A stretch of 64,000 nt of DNA from Paenarthrobacter sp. (GTDB lineage: Bacteria; Actinomycetota; Actinomycetes; Actinomycetales; Micrococcaceae). This document shows positions 48,648-57,451 of this stretch, piece after piece. The stretch is taken from contig JAPSHX010000006.1 of assembly GCA_031179305.1 (NCBI GenBank), positions 36,914-100,913 of the forward strand. Direction: 5' to 3'. Positions within the stretch are counted from its first letter, which is position 1; each line of letters opens with the position of its first letter. The position numbers and the translations under genes are program-made. A model generated the notes under the pieces. It saw nothing but the letters and a program-made list of their open reading frames with translations, had not been told where the DNA came from and ran no database searches.

Positions 48648-48660
48648 TTTTATTCTTGGT

Positions 48661-48720
48661 TTAGTTGAACACGAAGTTCAGCTTGGAACGGCGCTTGGCC
48701 AGTCGCTTGAGCTTAAGCAC
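48661..48720 (-). CDS. mccA: microcin C-like precursor peptide MLKLKRLAKRRSKLNFVFN (19 aa)
   Basis: AAGGAG SD 8 nt upstream of GTG; C-terminal Asn then TAA; directly upstream of the MccB-like gene; too short for the ORF track. Confidence 0.88.
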   Translation of the reverse strand: MLKLKRLAKRRSKLNFVFN

Positions 48721-48762
48721 TTGAATCACTCCTTTGTGTTTATAAACTTGTTGGACGGAATG

Positions 48763-48800
48763 AATCTACGACAGTTGTCATAGATATGACAAGCCTGTCG
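48763..48800 (-). promoter_or_regulatory. putative mccA promoter with overlapping palindromic operator
   Basis: Minus-strand TTGTCA-N18-TAGATT; inverted repeat CGACAG-TTGTCAT-agat-ATGACAA-gc-CTGTCG. Confidence 0.55.
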
Positions 48801-48865
48801 ATTACTTTTTTGCGTGCCGCTTCGGTTGATCTCCGTCAGGGCGTGTGGGGTATAGAGTCGAGGTC

Positions 48866-49420
48866 ATGTTTGAACTTGTCCCGCCGAATGTTGCCTTCCA
48901 CCAGTCATTCCTTGAGTCTCACCGCGAGTGGGGCGGCGTCCATCAGGATGGCGCCGCCGTCTTCCTGGCGGACGATGTCACCAGCGCGGAGGGGTTCGCA
49001 GCTTGGGTTGGTAAGTTGTTGGACGCTGAAAGCACACCTGAGGAGAACGGCATTGTTCCATGCACTTATCTCTGGATCACGGAGGGTCCACGCTACGTAG
49101 GGGCGATTGCGTTCCGGCACCATCTGACGCCGGCTCTCCTGAACTCGGGTGGGCATATCGGCTATGGGATTCGCCCCTCGGATCGCAGGAGGGGGGTGGC
49201 GTCCTGGGCCTTGCAGGAACTGCTGGCTCGTTTGGCTGCGAAGGGGGAGTTGGGTGGGGTTCGGTCGGATCGAGTTCTGCTGACCTGTGATGACGACAAT
49301 TCGGCGTCGATTAGAACCATCGAGCGCTGCGGGGGGCGGCTCGAAGATGCGCGGACGGGTGAAGACGGTCGGCTTTTCCGCCGGTACTGGATCGACCTGG
49401 AAACACCTGCAGCACCATAG
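48866..49420 (+). CDS. GNAT family acetyltransferase (COG3981-like)
   Basis: GGHIGYGIRPSDRRRGVA, LTCDDDNSASIRTIERCGG, RRYWI. Confidence 0.88.
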   Translation: MFELVPPNVAFHQSFLESHREWGGVHQDGAAVFLADDVTSAEGFAAWVGKLLDAESTPEENGIVPCTYLWITEGPRYVGAIAFRHHLTPALLNSGGHIGYGIRPSDRRRGVASWALQELLARLAAKGELGGVRSDRVLLTCDDDNSASIRTIERCGGRLEDARTGEDGRLFRRYWIDLETPAAP

Positions 49421-49457
49421 ATTTGTCACCCTGGGGTTGACGCGCTGACTGCCGGAG

Positions 49458-49931
49458 ATGCACCATGGCTTCATGAGCAGTCAACCCAGGGGTGACATTC
49501 CTGCATCCAGCCTTGCGGATTCACAGTGGCAGCAGGTCCTCACCCATCGTCCCTTGGATGACGGCTCACGGGAAGCCGCAGCCACAAGGTTCGCTGAACG
49601 AGGCATCACCCCGGAACAGCTCAAGGCTGTCCTCGACGATGGTGGGGACGCCCTCTATGCGGCGGCCGCCGGGGGCAAGCCCGGCTGGACAGATCCATTC
49701 GGTGGTCCCCTTGCCGTTGCTCTCCTCTCAGCCGAAGTGAGCATCTTCGCGGCGCATTTGAACTCGAGGGCGTCCGGAGTCAGATCGGCAGCGGTTGCCG
49801 AACTGCTGGACGAATACAGCGCGGTAACCGTAGCCGCTGAGCTCGGCGTGGCGCGCCAGAAGGTATACGAAATCGCAAGAGCGGGTTTGCGCCCGCCCTA
49901 TATCGAGCAGGTCCCTTGGAGGACGTCGTGA
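49458..49931 (+). CDS. hypothetical protein with C-terminal HTH
   Basis: VAAELGVARQKVYEIAR HTH-like segment. Confidence 0.65.
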   Translation: MHHGFMSSQPRGDIPASSLADSQWQQVLTHRPLDDGSREAAATRFAERGITPEQLKAVLDDGGDALYAAAAGGKPGWTDPFGGPLAVALLSAEVSIFAAHLNSRASGVRSAAVAELLDEYSAVTVAAELGVARQKVYEIARAGLRPPYIEQVPWRTS

Positions 49932-50605
49932 ATCCCATCGAAGAAAAGGTCCAATTGCCGGACCCGGAAACCCAGTTCCTTGTCCATCCTGTTGACCTCC
50001 CCGGAGCCCGCAAGGAATTCCTGATGGGCTGGTGGTTGGGAATCGTTGCCACCCCTCAGGTCTACACGGCGTTTTTGGCGTTCTTTTGGGCGGTCAGCAA
50101 CAACTACGTCACGCCCGTCCTGGTTCCGCTGGTCTTGGTGGTAGTTGCGGGATGGATCAGCTCCAAGCTCACCCGAGGGGCATGGGACTATATCCCACGG
50201 AAACGCCACGACAAGGAGCGGCGGATGACCGGGATGACCATAGCAGCATCACTCATCACCTCCCTTGCTCTTTTTGCCGGTCTGCTTGTTTTTATGGCGT
50301 GGGCCGTAAGCCAGCAGATGGTGCCGGGATTCAGCGCCTACCCCCTGGGGATGGGTACGGCCATTGTGCTGATCATGGCAGGAGAATTGGTGGTCAAATT
50401 GGTGCGGCGCCGCTCAGCTGAACTGGCTTCCGACGCCATCAGCCTGGCTGTCGTGGCAGGTGCTGTTGGGATTGGGTTCGGGGTACTCCCCGCGGGTCGC
50501 GAAGTCGCACCCGTGGACCTGCTGCCCGGCGCCGCGATCCTTGTGGGCGTCTGGTTGACTTGGCTGCTCTTCACACAGACAGAGGCCCGCCGCAACCACG
50601 GCTGA
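49928..50605 (+). CDS. hypothetical membrane protein
   Basis: GTGA coupling to the upstream gene; about six TM segments; AWDYIPRKRHD. Confidence 0.65.
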   Translation: MNPIEEKVQLPDPETQFLVHPVDLPGARKEFLMGWWLGIVATPQVYTAFLAFFWAVSNNYVTPVLVPLVLVVVAGWISSKLTRGAWDYIPRKRHDKERRMTGMTIAASLITSLALFAGLLVFMAWAVSQQMVPGFSAYPLGMGTAIVLIMAGELVVKLVRRRSAELASDAISLAVVAGAVGIGFGVLPAGREVAPVDLLPGAAILVGVWLTWLLFTQTEARRNHG

Positions 50606-50674
50606 CCGTCGGCTCTCGCGGGAAAGCCAGGGGAAGTTGGTTACATTTTCCTGTCTGCCGGACATTAACAGGGT

Positions 50675-51202
50675 ATGAGGGTGCAGACGGAGCAGGGGGA
50701 TCGCGTGGAATTGGGCAGAAAGAAGCAATTCCTGGCTGCACATGCCGCGTGCCATGACAACGTTTATCGCTATTTCCGGCGTCGAACGGAGGGTGCGTCC
50801 ACGGCAGAGGATCTCACTGCCGACGTCTTCCGGATCGCCTGGGAAAAAACCCGACAGGACCAGGAACTCTCTGTTCTTGTGGTGTTTGGCATTGCCCGCA
50901 ATGTCCTCCGAAACCACTATCGTGCAAGCCTTCGCTCCATGAACCTCACGCAGCAACTGGAGCGGCAGAGAGCGCAGGAGCTGGGTTCCGACGACGGTAC
51001 AGTGGCTGACGCGCTGGACCGGCTCAAGCCCGAGGAGCGCGAGGTTCTTCTTTTGACCTACTGGGACGGATTCACTTCGGCCGAGGTCGCCGACCTGCTT
51101 AATGTCACCGCCACCGCCGTCAGGATGCGATTGCACCGAGCGCGGAGACAACTCAGCTATCTGCTTCGGGCGGGCCACACCACAGAGGACGTGCAGCGAT
51201 GA
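50675..51202 (+). CDS. ECF RNA polymerase sigma factor
   Basis: AEDLTADVF..AW (region 2); EREVLLL..W.G....EVA..L......VR.RL.RAR (region 4). Confidence 0.9.
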   Translation: MRVQTEQGDRVELGRKKQFLAAHAACHDNVYRYFRRRTEGASTAEDLTADVFRIAWEKTRQDQELSVLVVFGIARNVLRNHYRASLRSMNLTQQLERQRAQELGSDDGTVADALDRLKPEEREVLLLTYWDGFTSAEVADLLNVTATAVRMRLHRARRQLSYLLRAGHTTEDVQR

Positions 51203-51915
51203 AGAGGAAAGAAGCGACCCGCATGGAACGCCTGATTGCGGCAGACCCTGCCTTGGCTGTCACGGAAGAAGAACTTGCCGGTAGCCGTGGGAAAAGCCTG
51301 GCTGCTATGGACACTGACGCCGAGCACATCACCGTGGGTGGGTCCGTTACGGATTTCCATCAACAGCCTGCCAAACGCCGTGTGCGGTTCATGGCAGGAT
51401 TCGTATTGGCGGCGGCAGCTGCAGCTGTAGTGGCCGGGGTAGCGGTGACGACCGCCATTTCGGCTCGGCCGCCGGAGCAAGCTGCGCCGGCGGTAACCCA
51501 GGTGGATCCTACGCCGGAAACAGATTCCTCGAGCGGGCTACCGTTGCCCGAAATTACGGGGATTCAGATGCCGACGTTCGACGCCGAGATCATCACCGGC
51601 GGCAACGGCAACAAGGCCGCTGTTTCCATAGGCAGAGAGTCGGACTTTCACATGGACGCCCTGAACATGGGGAAACTAGGCCTAAACACCGGGGGGTGTT
51701 TTTCCGACGTCGCCACTGAGGGCAGTGCGGGTGGACTCATTTTCCCCTTCGGGACAAGAATCACAGAGACGGGAGTGGTCTTTCCCGATGGCAAATCCTT
51801 GAATATCGGGGATGAGTTCGCGTTCGGAGGAGGACTCTCACCCGAGCGTGAACCGGGGGAATGCTCCCCAACGGGAGCGGCTTTCCTGGTTCAAAGCTGG
51901 GACGCGCTGCCCTGA
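51199..51915 (+). CDS. putative anti-sigma factor (single TM)
   Basis: ATGA overlap with the sigma gene; central TM; extracytoplasmic domain with two Cys. Confidence 0.6.
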   Translation: MKRKEATRMERLIAADPALAVTEEELAGSRGKSLAAMDTDAEHITVGGSVTDFHQQPAKRRVRFMAGFVLAAAAAAVVAGVAVTTAISARPPEQAAPAVTQVDPTPETDSSSGLPLPEITGIQMPTFDAEIITGGNGNKAAVSIGRESDFHMDALNMGKLGLNTGGCFSDVATEGSAGGLIFPFGTRITETGVVFPDGKSLNIGDEFAFGGGLSPEREPGECSPTGAAFLVQSWDALP

Positions 51916-51943
51916 CCTTCTCCTGCCCGCACCCGAAAAACCT

Positions 51944-51976
51944 CGACGTCGGCACTCACCGTTAGTGCCGACGTCG
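51944..51976. repeat. hairpin/REP-like palindrome (copy 1)
   Basis: CGACGTCGGCACT-N7-AGTGCCGACGTCG. Confidence 0.6.
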
Positions 51977-51982
51977 TGCTTC

Positions 51983-54274
51983 CTATTCGGCGACGTCGTC
52001 CTCAACGATCGGATCCTTCAAAAGAAGCGCCGTGCCTTGGAAGGCAGGCAGTTCCAGGAAGAAGCTGTGGAGATCATCCACCTGGCTGACGTCTTCGCCG
52101 CTGAAAAGATCGTGGACAGTGGAGCCCGGAACCAGGTGCGAGGACTGGATGCTGCCCGCAATGTCCTGGTCCGAGAAGTTCAGGACGGTGACCTGTAAAG
52201 CTCCGTCGGCGAGCTGGTTGACCAACACCAGCAGCCCTCGATGGGAAACGTCCGGCACGTCCAGCAGCGTGCTGGTGGCGATCCCCGACTCCTCCCGCAC
52301 AGTAAGGATCTGCTGGAGCCGCCGGGCGTAAGAGTTCGGGTCCTTCAGCTGCTCGGGCAGCGGACCGTAGAGGCTCCGCGCACGGGCCATTCCGGCCAGG
52401 GAGGTTTTCGCATCCGGACTGGTGCCCATGAGATCGTGTGCGCCACGGTTGATCCAGCGGGTGTCGCCCTGCGACGTGAGCTCGCGGACCGTCTCGCGAT
52501 CAAGCGCTGTGATGCCCGTGAGGTCCCAACCGGAAAGCGCGAAAACTCCGGGCTGCAGCGCGTTGTACATGGACAGCAGCACGTGGGCGTCCAGGACCTG
52601 TGCTTCCTGCTCCTGGGTGATGGCATCCTGATCCTTGATGCCGAGGGCCGCCATGATGAAGCTGACCGTGGTGCAAGCAATGCCGTTGGTAGTGAACACC
52701 GCGTTGTACGGTCCGTTCTCCCCCGTGAGCCGTTCCCGCATGGTGTTCTGGACTTTCTCCGCCACCTCCGCACCGGTTAGCTCCTCGCCGGCAAGTTCAA
52801 AGGTGTCGTCCCTGTGCCCGGCGGCAAAGTGGAGCAGCTCGTAGGTCAGTTCATCGTGGTTTTGGAGGGCATGAACCAACGAGGCCTGGTCCACGCCGAT
52901 CTCCATGGAAAGCCGCAGGGTCAGGCGCAGGAACTCTGTATCGCCGATGACCAGGGCGTAGTGATAGGCGGGCCTGGTGATGAAGTCGTAAGAGAGGTCC
53001 GGGCCGGACTCGGACTGGGACTTGATGTCATCGATGGTGAGGTTGAGTTCCTGGAAGGAGAACCCGCCCACCTTGCGGATCATGGAACCAATAAGCTGAT
53101 TGGCGGCCTCGGACAAGGGGTGGCCCTCGGACCAGCCCGGTTCTTCCTCCGCGCTCTTCTCCACGCCCAGGAATCCGTTGGCATCAAGCCGGAGCGCGCC
53201 GGTGCCCAGGTCCAGCAAAGAGTGCAGGGCATCGCCAACCACAAGGCGCATGCCGGCGAATGTTGGGTCCAGCCAGTTGATGGAAGGCTGGCCGGCCTTG
53301 AAGTAGTGCAGATAGACCCAGCGGCGGGTCTTGCCCGTGGTGTCGATGATGGGCTTGGTGGCGCTCCAATTGGTTTCCTTGACGCCGGGTTCGTAGAAGA
53401 TGACCCGTTGCAGGCGCCCGATGATGTACCCGGCCTTTTGCAGGGCTTCCTCAGTCGCCGGGCTGATGTTCACCGAGTCCTCGCCCTCAGGGACGTCGGG
53501 CAGCAAGTGCCAGTCCTCTTCTGGGATATCCACCATGTGATAAATGCCGGGGTAATCCCGGAAGTTCATTTCAGCGAGTCGGAAGTCCGCTCCCTTGCCT
53601 GTGTGCCCGGGAACGATGTCGTCAATGACGGTGCCGCCGTGGTCATTGGCCACCTCGCACATCTGGCGGAACTCTTCCTCGGTGCCGAAAGCGGGGTCGA
53701 TCGCCATGCTGATCCGGTCAAAGTGGCCGTCCACGCTGGGTGTCTGGGACCAGCCACGGATGCCACCGGCCAGCTTGACAGGTCCGGTGTGCAGGCCCCG
53801 GATGCCGATTTCGCTGAAAGCGTCCCAGAGTGCGGGATCACCCAACGCTGAAAGGAAAGACTGTCCATCCTTGGTGATGAACGACAAGGGGTAAGCCGTG
53901 AACCAGACGGGTGCGCGCTCCACGGCCGCCCGCGGATTCGGCCTGGCATAGGAGTTCTGCCACATGCTCGCCTGCCCCGAGAGTTGGCGCGCCATGGTGT
54001 TGGCGTCGCCCAGCATGGACTGGTTTCGAAGCCAATCCACGTAGGTCTTGTTAAGGCCGTCGAATTCCAACGATGGGCGGGCGGCGAAAAACTGCCGACG
54101 GCGGGCGATCGGCCGCAGTGCCTTGGGGCGAGCTGGATAGAACTGTTCGTCAAACGTGATTTCCGCCGGTTCGCTTGCGGTTTCATCGGGCGTTTCCTGT
54201 GGCGTCTCCTCCGGATTTCCTTCCGGAGTTTCGCTGATTTCTGACACGCTCTCGTTGACTGCAGGCTCCCGCAC
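51983..54274 (-). CDS. treS: trehalose synthase (maltose alpha-D-glucosyltransferase), Pseudomonas-type GH13
   Basis: [50 protein letters not shown]. Confidence 0.88.
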   Translation of the reverse strand: MREPAVNESVSEISETPEGNPEETPQETPDETASEPAEITFDEQFYPARPKALRPIARRRQFFAARPSLEFDGLNKTYVDWLRNQSMLGDANTMARQLSGQASMWQNSYARPNPRAAVERAPVWFTAYPLSFITKDGQSFLSALGDPALWDAFSEIGIRGLHTGPVKLAGGIRGWSQTPSVDGHFDRISMAIDPAFGTEEEFRQMCEVANDHGGTVIDDIVPGHTGKGADFRLAEMNFRDYPGIYHMVDIPEEDWHLLPDVPEGEDSVNISPATEEALQKAGYIIGRLQRVIFYEPGVKETNWSATKPIIDTTGKTRRWVYLHYFKAGQPSINWLDPTFAGMRLVVGDALHSLLDLGTGALRLDANGFLGVEKSAEEEPGWSEGHPLSEAANQLIGSMIRKVGGFSFQELNLTIDDIKSQSESGPDLSYDFITRPAYHYALVIGDTEFLRLTLRLSMEIGVDQASLVHALQNHDELTYELLHFAAGHRDDTFELAGEELTGAEVAEKVQNTMRERLTGENGPYNAVFTTNGIACTTVSFIMAALGIKDQDAITQEQEAQVLDAHVLLSMYNALQPGVFALSGWDLTGITALDRETVRELTSQGDTRWINRGAHDLMGTSPDAKTSLAGMARARSLYGPLPEQLKDPNSYARRLQQILTVREESGIATSTLLDVPDVSHRGLLVLVNQLADGALQVTVLNFSDQDIAGSIQSSHLVPGSTVHDLFSGEDVSQVDDLHSFFLELPAFQGTALLLKDPIVEDDVAE

Positions 54275-54465
54275 AGTTTTCTCCTTTACGTGGTCGCCGC
54301 GTCAACGCCGACCGTCCGAGGGGGTCGTTCAAGAGGTCACGTACCCGGGCTTGCCCGGACTATTCATGCTAGTCGGGGGAGCCTGCCGTTTGTCTAACCC
54401 GGGAACAAGTAAGTCTCGTTATTATGTGTTGGGTTGACCTTGGTGGCACGGCGGTGGACACGATA

Positions 54466-54507
54466 AAGCCCGACGTCGTCACTCAGGTGGGTGCCGACGT
54501 CGGGCTT
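54466..54507. repeat. hairpin/REP-like palindrome (copy 2)
   Basis: AAGCCCGACGTCGTCAC...GTGCCGACGTCGGGCTT. Confidence 0.6.
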
Positions 54508-54535
54508 GGAATTGTGCGGACTGGGTGTGGGGCTG

Positions 54536-54781
54536 TCAGTACCGCCACACCACCGTGTAGGCGTAGCCGTTGCCGTTCCGGACACACCCTTCGACCAGGC
54601 GCACGTAGGAACCGAATCCGGGCCTGGCGGCATCCAGGTTCGACTCGCAAGTCGCCTTCGTGTGAAACCAGTAAACGTAGGTGCTGGCAGCCTCGGCCGG
54701 GGCAGCCAAAGCAATTCCACCGCCAGCCAGGATAGAGGTTGCCGCGAATATGGACGCAATCTTCTTCTTTACGTTAGTCAT
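54536..54781 (-). CDS. small secreted protein with two Cys
   Basis: Signal peptide MTNVKKK...APAEA; mature part about 50 aa, aromatic-rich. Confidence 0.7.
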   Translation of the reverse strand: MTNVKKKIASIFAATSILAGGGIALAAPAEAASTYVYWFHTKATCESNLDAARPGFGSYVRLVEGCVRNGNGYAYTVVWRY

Positions 54782-54895
54782 TTCGATAGAGTAAGCATCT
54801 GGCCGAAGACAGTCAACGGTCCGCGAAAGCCCTATCCGGCCCTACGGGTGGGCCCCGAACAGTCATTACCGTGACTGGTGAAGATCGGAGGACAC

Positions 54896-55864
54896 ATGAA
54901 AATTGTTGTTATCGGCGGAAGCGGTCATATTGGCTCATTCCTCATCCCCAGGCTCGTCCGGGGCGGACACGACGTCATCAATATCAGCCGCGGGACCAGC
55001 AAGGCATACGTTGATGCGCCCGAGTGGCAGCAGGTCCGGCAGGTTACCGCGGACCGCCACCTCGAAGATCGCGAGGGCACCTTCGGTGACCGGGTCGCCG
55101 GACTGGGAGCCGACGTCGTAATTGACCTGGTGTGCTTCACGCTCGACTCCGCCACGGCGCTGGTGAACCGTCTGCGCGGCGAGACGGGGCATCTGCTGCA
55201 TTGCGGGTCGATCTGGCGTTATGGTGCCAGTCGGAAGTTGCCCATCTCAGAGGGGTCGGACTCCACCGCGGAGCCGCTGGATGAATACGGCATCCAGAAA
55301 CGCGATATTGCCGGGATGCTGAAGGATGAGACGGCCTCCGGAGGGCTCATCACTACGTCCCTGCACCCCGGACACATTGTCGGTCCCGGATGGCATCCCG
55401 TGGGTCCGCTCGGAAATTTCGATCCCTCCGTGTGGCAAAAGATCGCGGCCGGACAGCCACTTCAGATTCCGGGAAGTGGCACCGAACTGATGCACCACGT
55501 CCACGCGGACGACCTCGCGCAGGCCTTCGAGAAAGCAATGCAGAGCCGGGAATCGGGCGCCGGCGAGGACTTCAACATTGTTGCTCCGTCCGCCCTGACA
55601 GTTCGTGGCTACCTGGAGATCGCGGCATCGTGGTTCGGGCGGGAGCCACACTCGGAGATGGTCAGCTGGGAGGACTTTCGCGAAACCACCACGCCCGAAC
55701 ACGCTGACACGAGCTGGGCCCACCTCTCCCGCAACCACTGCCTCACCATCGAAAAAGCCAGGTCCCTCCTGGGCTACGCCCCCCGCTACGAGCCGGAACA
55801 TGCCGTTCGTGAGGCGCTGCAGTGGCTTATCGGGAACAACAAACTTCAGGTTCAGATCACTTGA
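54896..55864 (+). CDS. NAD-dependent epimerase/dehydratase
   Basis: GGSGHIG, YGIQK, HVHADDLA. Confidence 0.88.
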   Translation: MKIVVIGGSGHIGSFLIPRLVRGGHDVINISRGTSKAYVDAPEWQQVRQVTADRHLEDREGTFGDRVAGLGADVVIDLVCFTLDSATALVNRLRGETGHLLHCGSIWRYGASRKLPISEGSDSTAEPLDEYGIQKRDIAGMLKDETASGGLITTSLHPGHIVGPGWHPVGPLGNFDPSVWQKIAAGQPLQIPGSGTELMHHVHADDLAQAFEKAMQSRESGAGEDFNIVAPSALTVRGYLEIAASWFGREPHSEMVSWEDFRETTTPEHADTSWAHLSRNHCLTIEKARSLLGYAPRYEPEHAVREALQWLIGNNKLQVQIT

Positions 55865-56042
55865 TATCACGGCGTAACGCTCGACACCGGGACTCGCCTC
55901 AGTGCTGAAGGACACTGAACCTCGGCCTTCAGTGCCTCCCTGCGTTCGGTGAGGAAGGTGTTGGGTTCCGGCGCTGTATGTATTGGTGTCTGTACAACGG
56001 CCGCCCCAACACCGAAGCTTAAGGAGCGGAGGGGGAGCATCC

Positions 56043-57356
56043 ATGTTCAAAGCGGCCAACAAAGGAGTGACAGACACCCGGCTCGACCACGCCTTCTTCG
56101 TCCTGGGCGGAGTCGCCGCAGTATGGCTTGCATTCTTGTTGGTGGGCGAGAGCTTCCAGCTGGGGTGGGGGCAGGTGTGGTTCTACGTGGTGTTCTGGGC
56201 GTTCCTCGCCTATTTGCTGCTCCCACGGCTCCACCGGATCCTGACCTCCATCTATGTGCCGGGCTATTTCATTGGACGGGCAAGGACCAGCGACGGGCTC
56301 TTGGGTGACCCGGTCAACGTTGCCTTGCTGGGCGCCGAGCCCCAGGTCCGCGCCATCATGGAATCTGCTGGATGGACCAACGCCGACGACGTCACTTTCG
56401 TCAGCAGCCGGCGCATCATCAGCTCAACTATTTTCCGGCGTAGCTACTCCGAGGCGCCCGTCAGTCCGTTGTATCTCTTTGATCGGCAGCAAGACTTCGC
56501 CTACCAGCAGGAAGTGGACAACAACCCGGGCAAACGCCACCACGTCCGCTTCTGGCGTTGCCCCGAAGGCTGGCTCCTACCGGGTGGACACAAAGTGGAT
56601 TGGCTTGCCGCCGGAACCTACGACCGCAGCGTTGGCTTCTCCCTGTTCACTCTGCAGATCACGCACAAGATTGAGCAGAACACCGACGTGGAGCGGGACC
56701 ACATCGTTTCAACCGTTTCGGCTGCGGAACCAGCTGTCTCAGTCCAAGTCATCAAGGACTTCTCCACCGGGTACCACTCACGCAACGGCGGCGGGGATTC
56801 AATCTCTACTGACGGCGACTTGCCGATCGTCGACGCTCGCGGCGTCCTGGTGCCCGCGGATCAGCCGCCCAGCCGCACCGATAGCAGGGACAGGCGGCCC
56901 GCCCCCATCTTGATGGGGGCTGCTTTGGTGGTGGCCAGGGCGGTGGCGGCTTTGGTTCTGGCGATCACGTTGTTCACCTCCGGCGGTGAAATTTCCGGGC
57001 TCACCTTCGACGACGACTCGTCAGACCCGCAAAGCACGACGGCGGCAATCGCCTTGATAGCAGCTGTGGTCCTGGTGTTCGGGCTGGGTGAAGTTTTCCT
57101 GGCCTGGCGCATCTTCCTTGGCAGCAATGGTGCCCGCGTGATTGCCATGGGCTTGAGCTCCATCTCGATCCTGGTCCAGGCAATCGACTACTCCACGGGC
57201 AGCGCAAACATCACCCTCGAAGCTGGCCTCTCCGGTTTGGCCACTGACATTCTGGTGCTCCTGGCCCTGTCCAGCCAACGTGCCCGTGTGTACGCAAAAC
57301 GGCAGCGCGTTCCGGCGGTTCCGGCGTCGGTAGTTGGCCGGCGGGTACCTTCCTGA
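56043..57356 (+). CDS. LssY C-terminal domain membrane protein
   Basis: GDPVN, APVSPLYLFDRQQD, RHHVRFW, AGTYD, THKI...D.ERD. Confidence 0.85.
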   Translation: MFKAANKGVTDTRLDHAFFVLGGVAAVWLAFLLVGESFQLGWGQVWFYVVFWAFLAYLLLPRLHRILTSIYVPGYFIGRARTSDGLLGDPVNVALLGAEPQVRAIMESAGWTNADDVTFVSSRRIISSTIFRRSYSEAPVSPLYLFDRQQDFAYQQEVDNNPGKRHHVRFWRCPEGWLLPGGHKVDWLAAGTYDRSVGFSLFTLQITHKIEQNTDVERDHIVSTVSAAEPAVSVQVIKDFSTGYHSRNGGGDSISTDGDLPIVDARGVLVPADQPPSRTDSRDRRPAPILMGAALVVARAVAALVLAITLFTSGGEISGLTFDDDSSDPQSTTAAIALIAAVVLVFGLGEVFLAWRIFLGSNGARVIAMGLSSISILVQAIDYSTGSANITLEAGLSGLATDILVLLALSSQRARVYAKRQRVPAVPASVVGRRVPS

Positions 57357-57380
57357 CCCACTTTGAGGGCGACTGGGTCC

Positions 57381-57444
57381 GACGCGCCGTCCTTCGTGGC
57401 GCGTCGGGGTAATTTCAGATTCAAAGTGGGTGGTGACGGTACAC
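57381..57444 (+). repeat. 64-bp imperfect direct repeat, left copy
   Basis: Aligns without gaps to 60341-60404; 38 of the last 44 nt identical; shared core CAAAGTGGGTGGTGACGG. Confidence 0.8.
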
Positions 57445-57451
57445 GCCTGAT

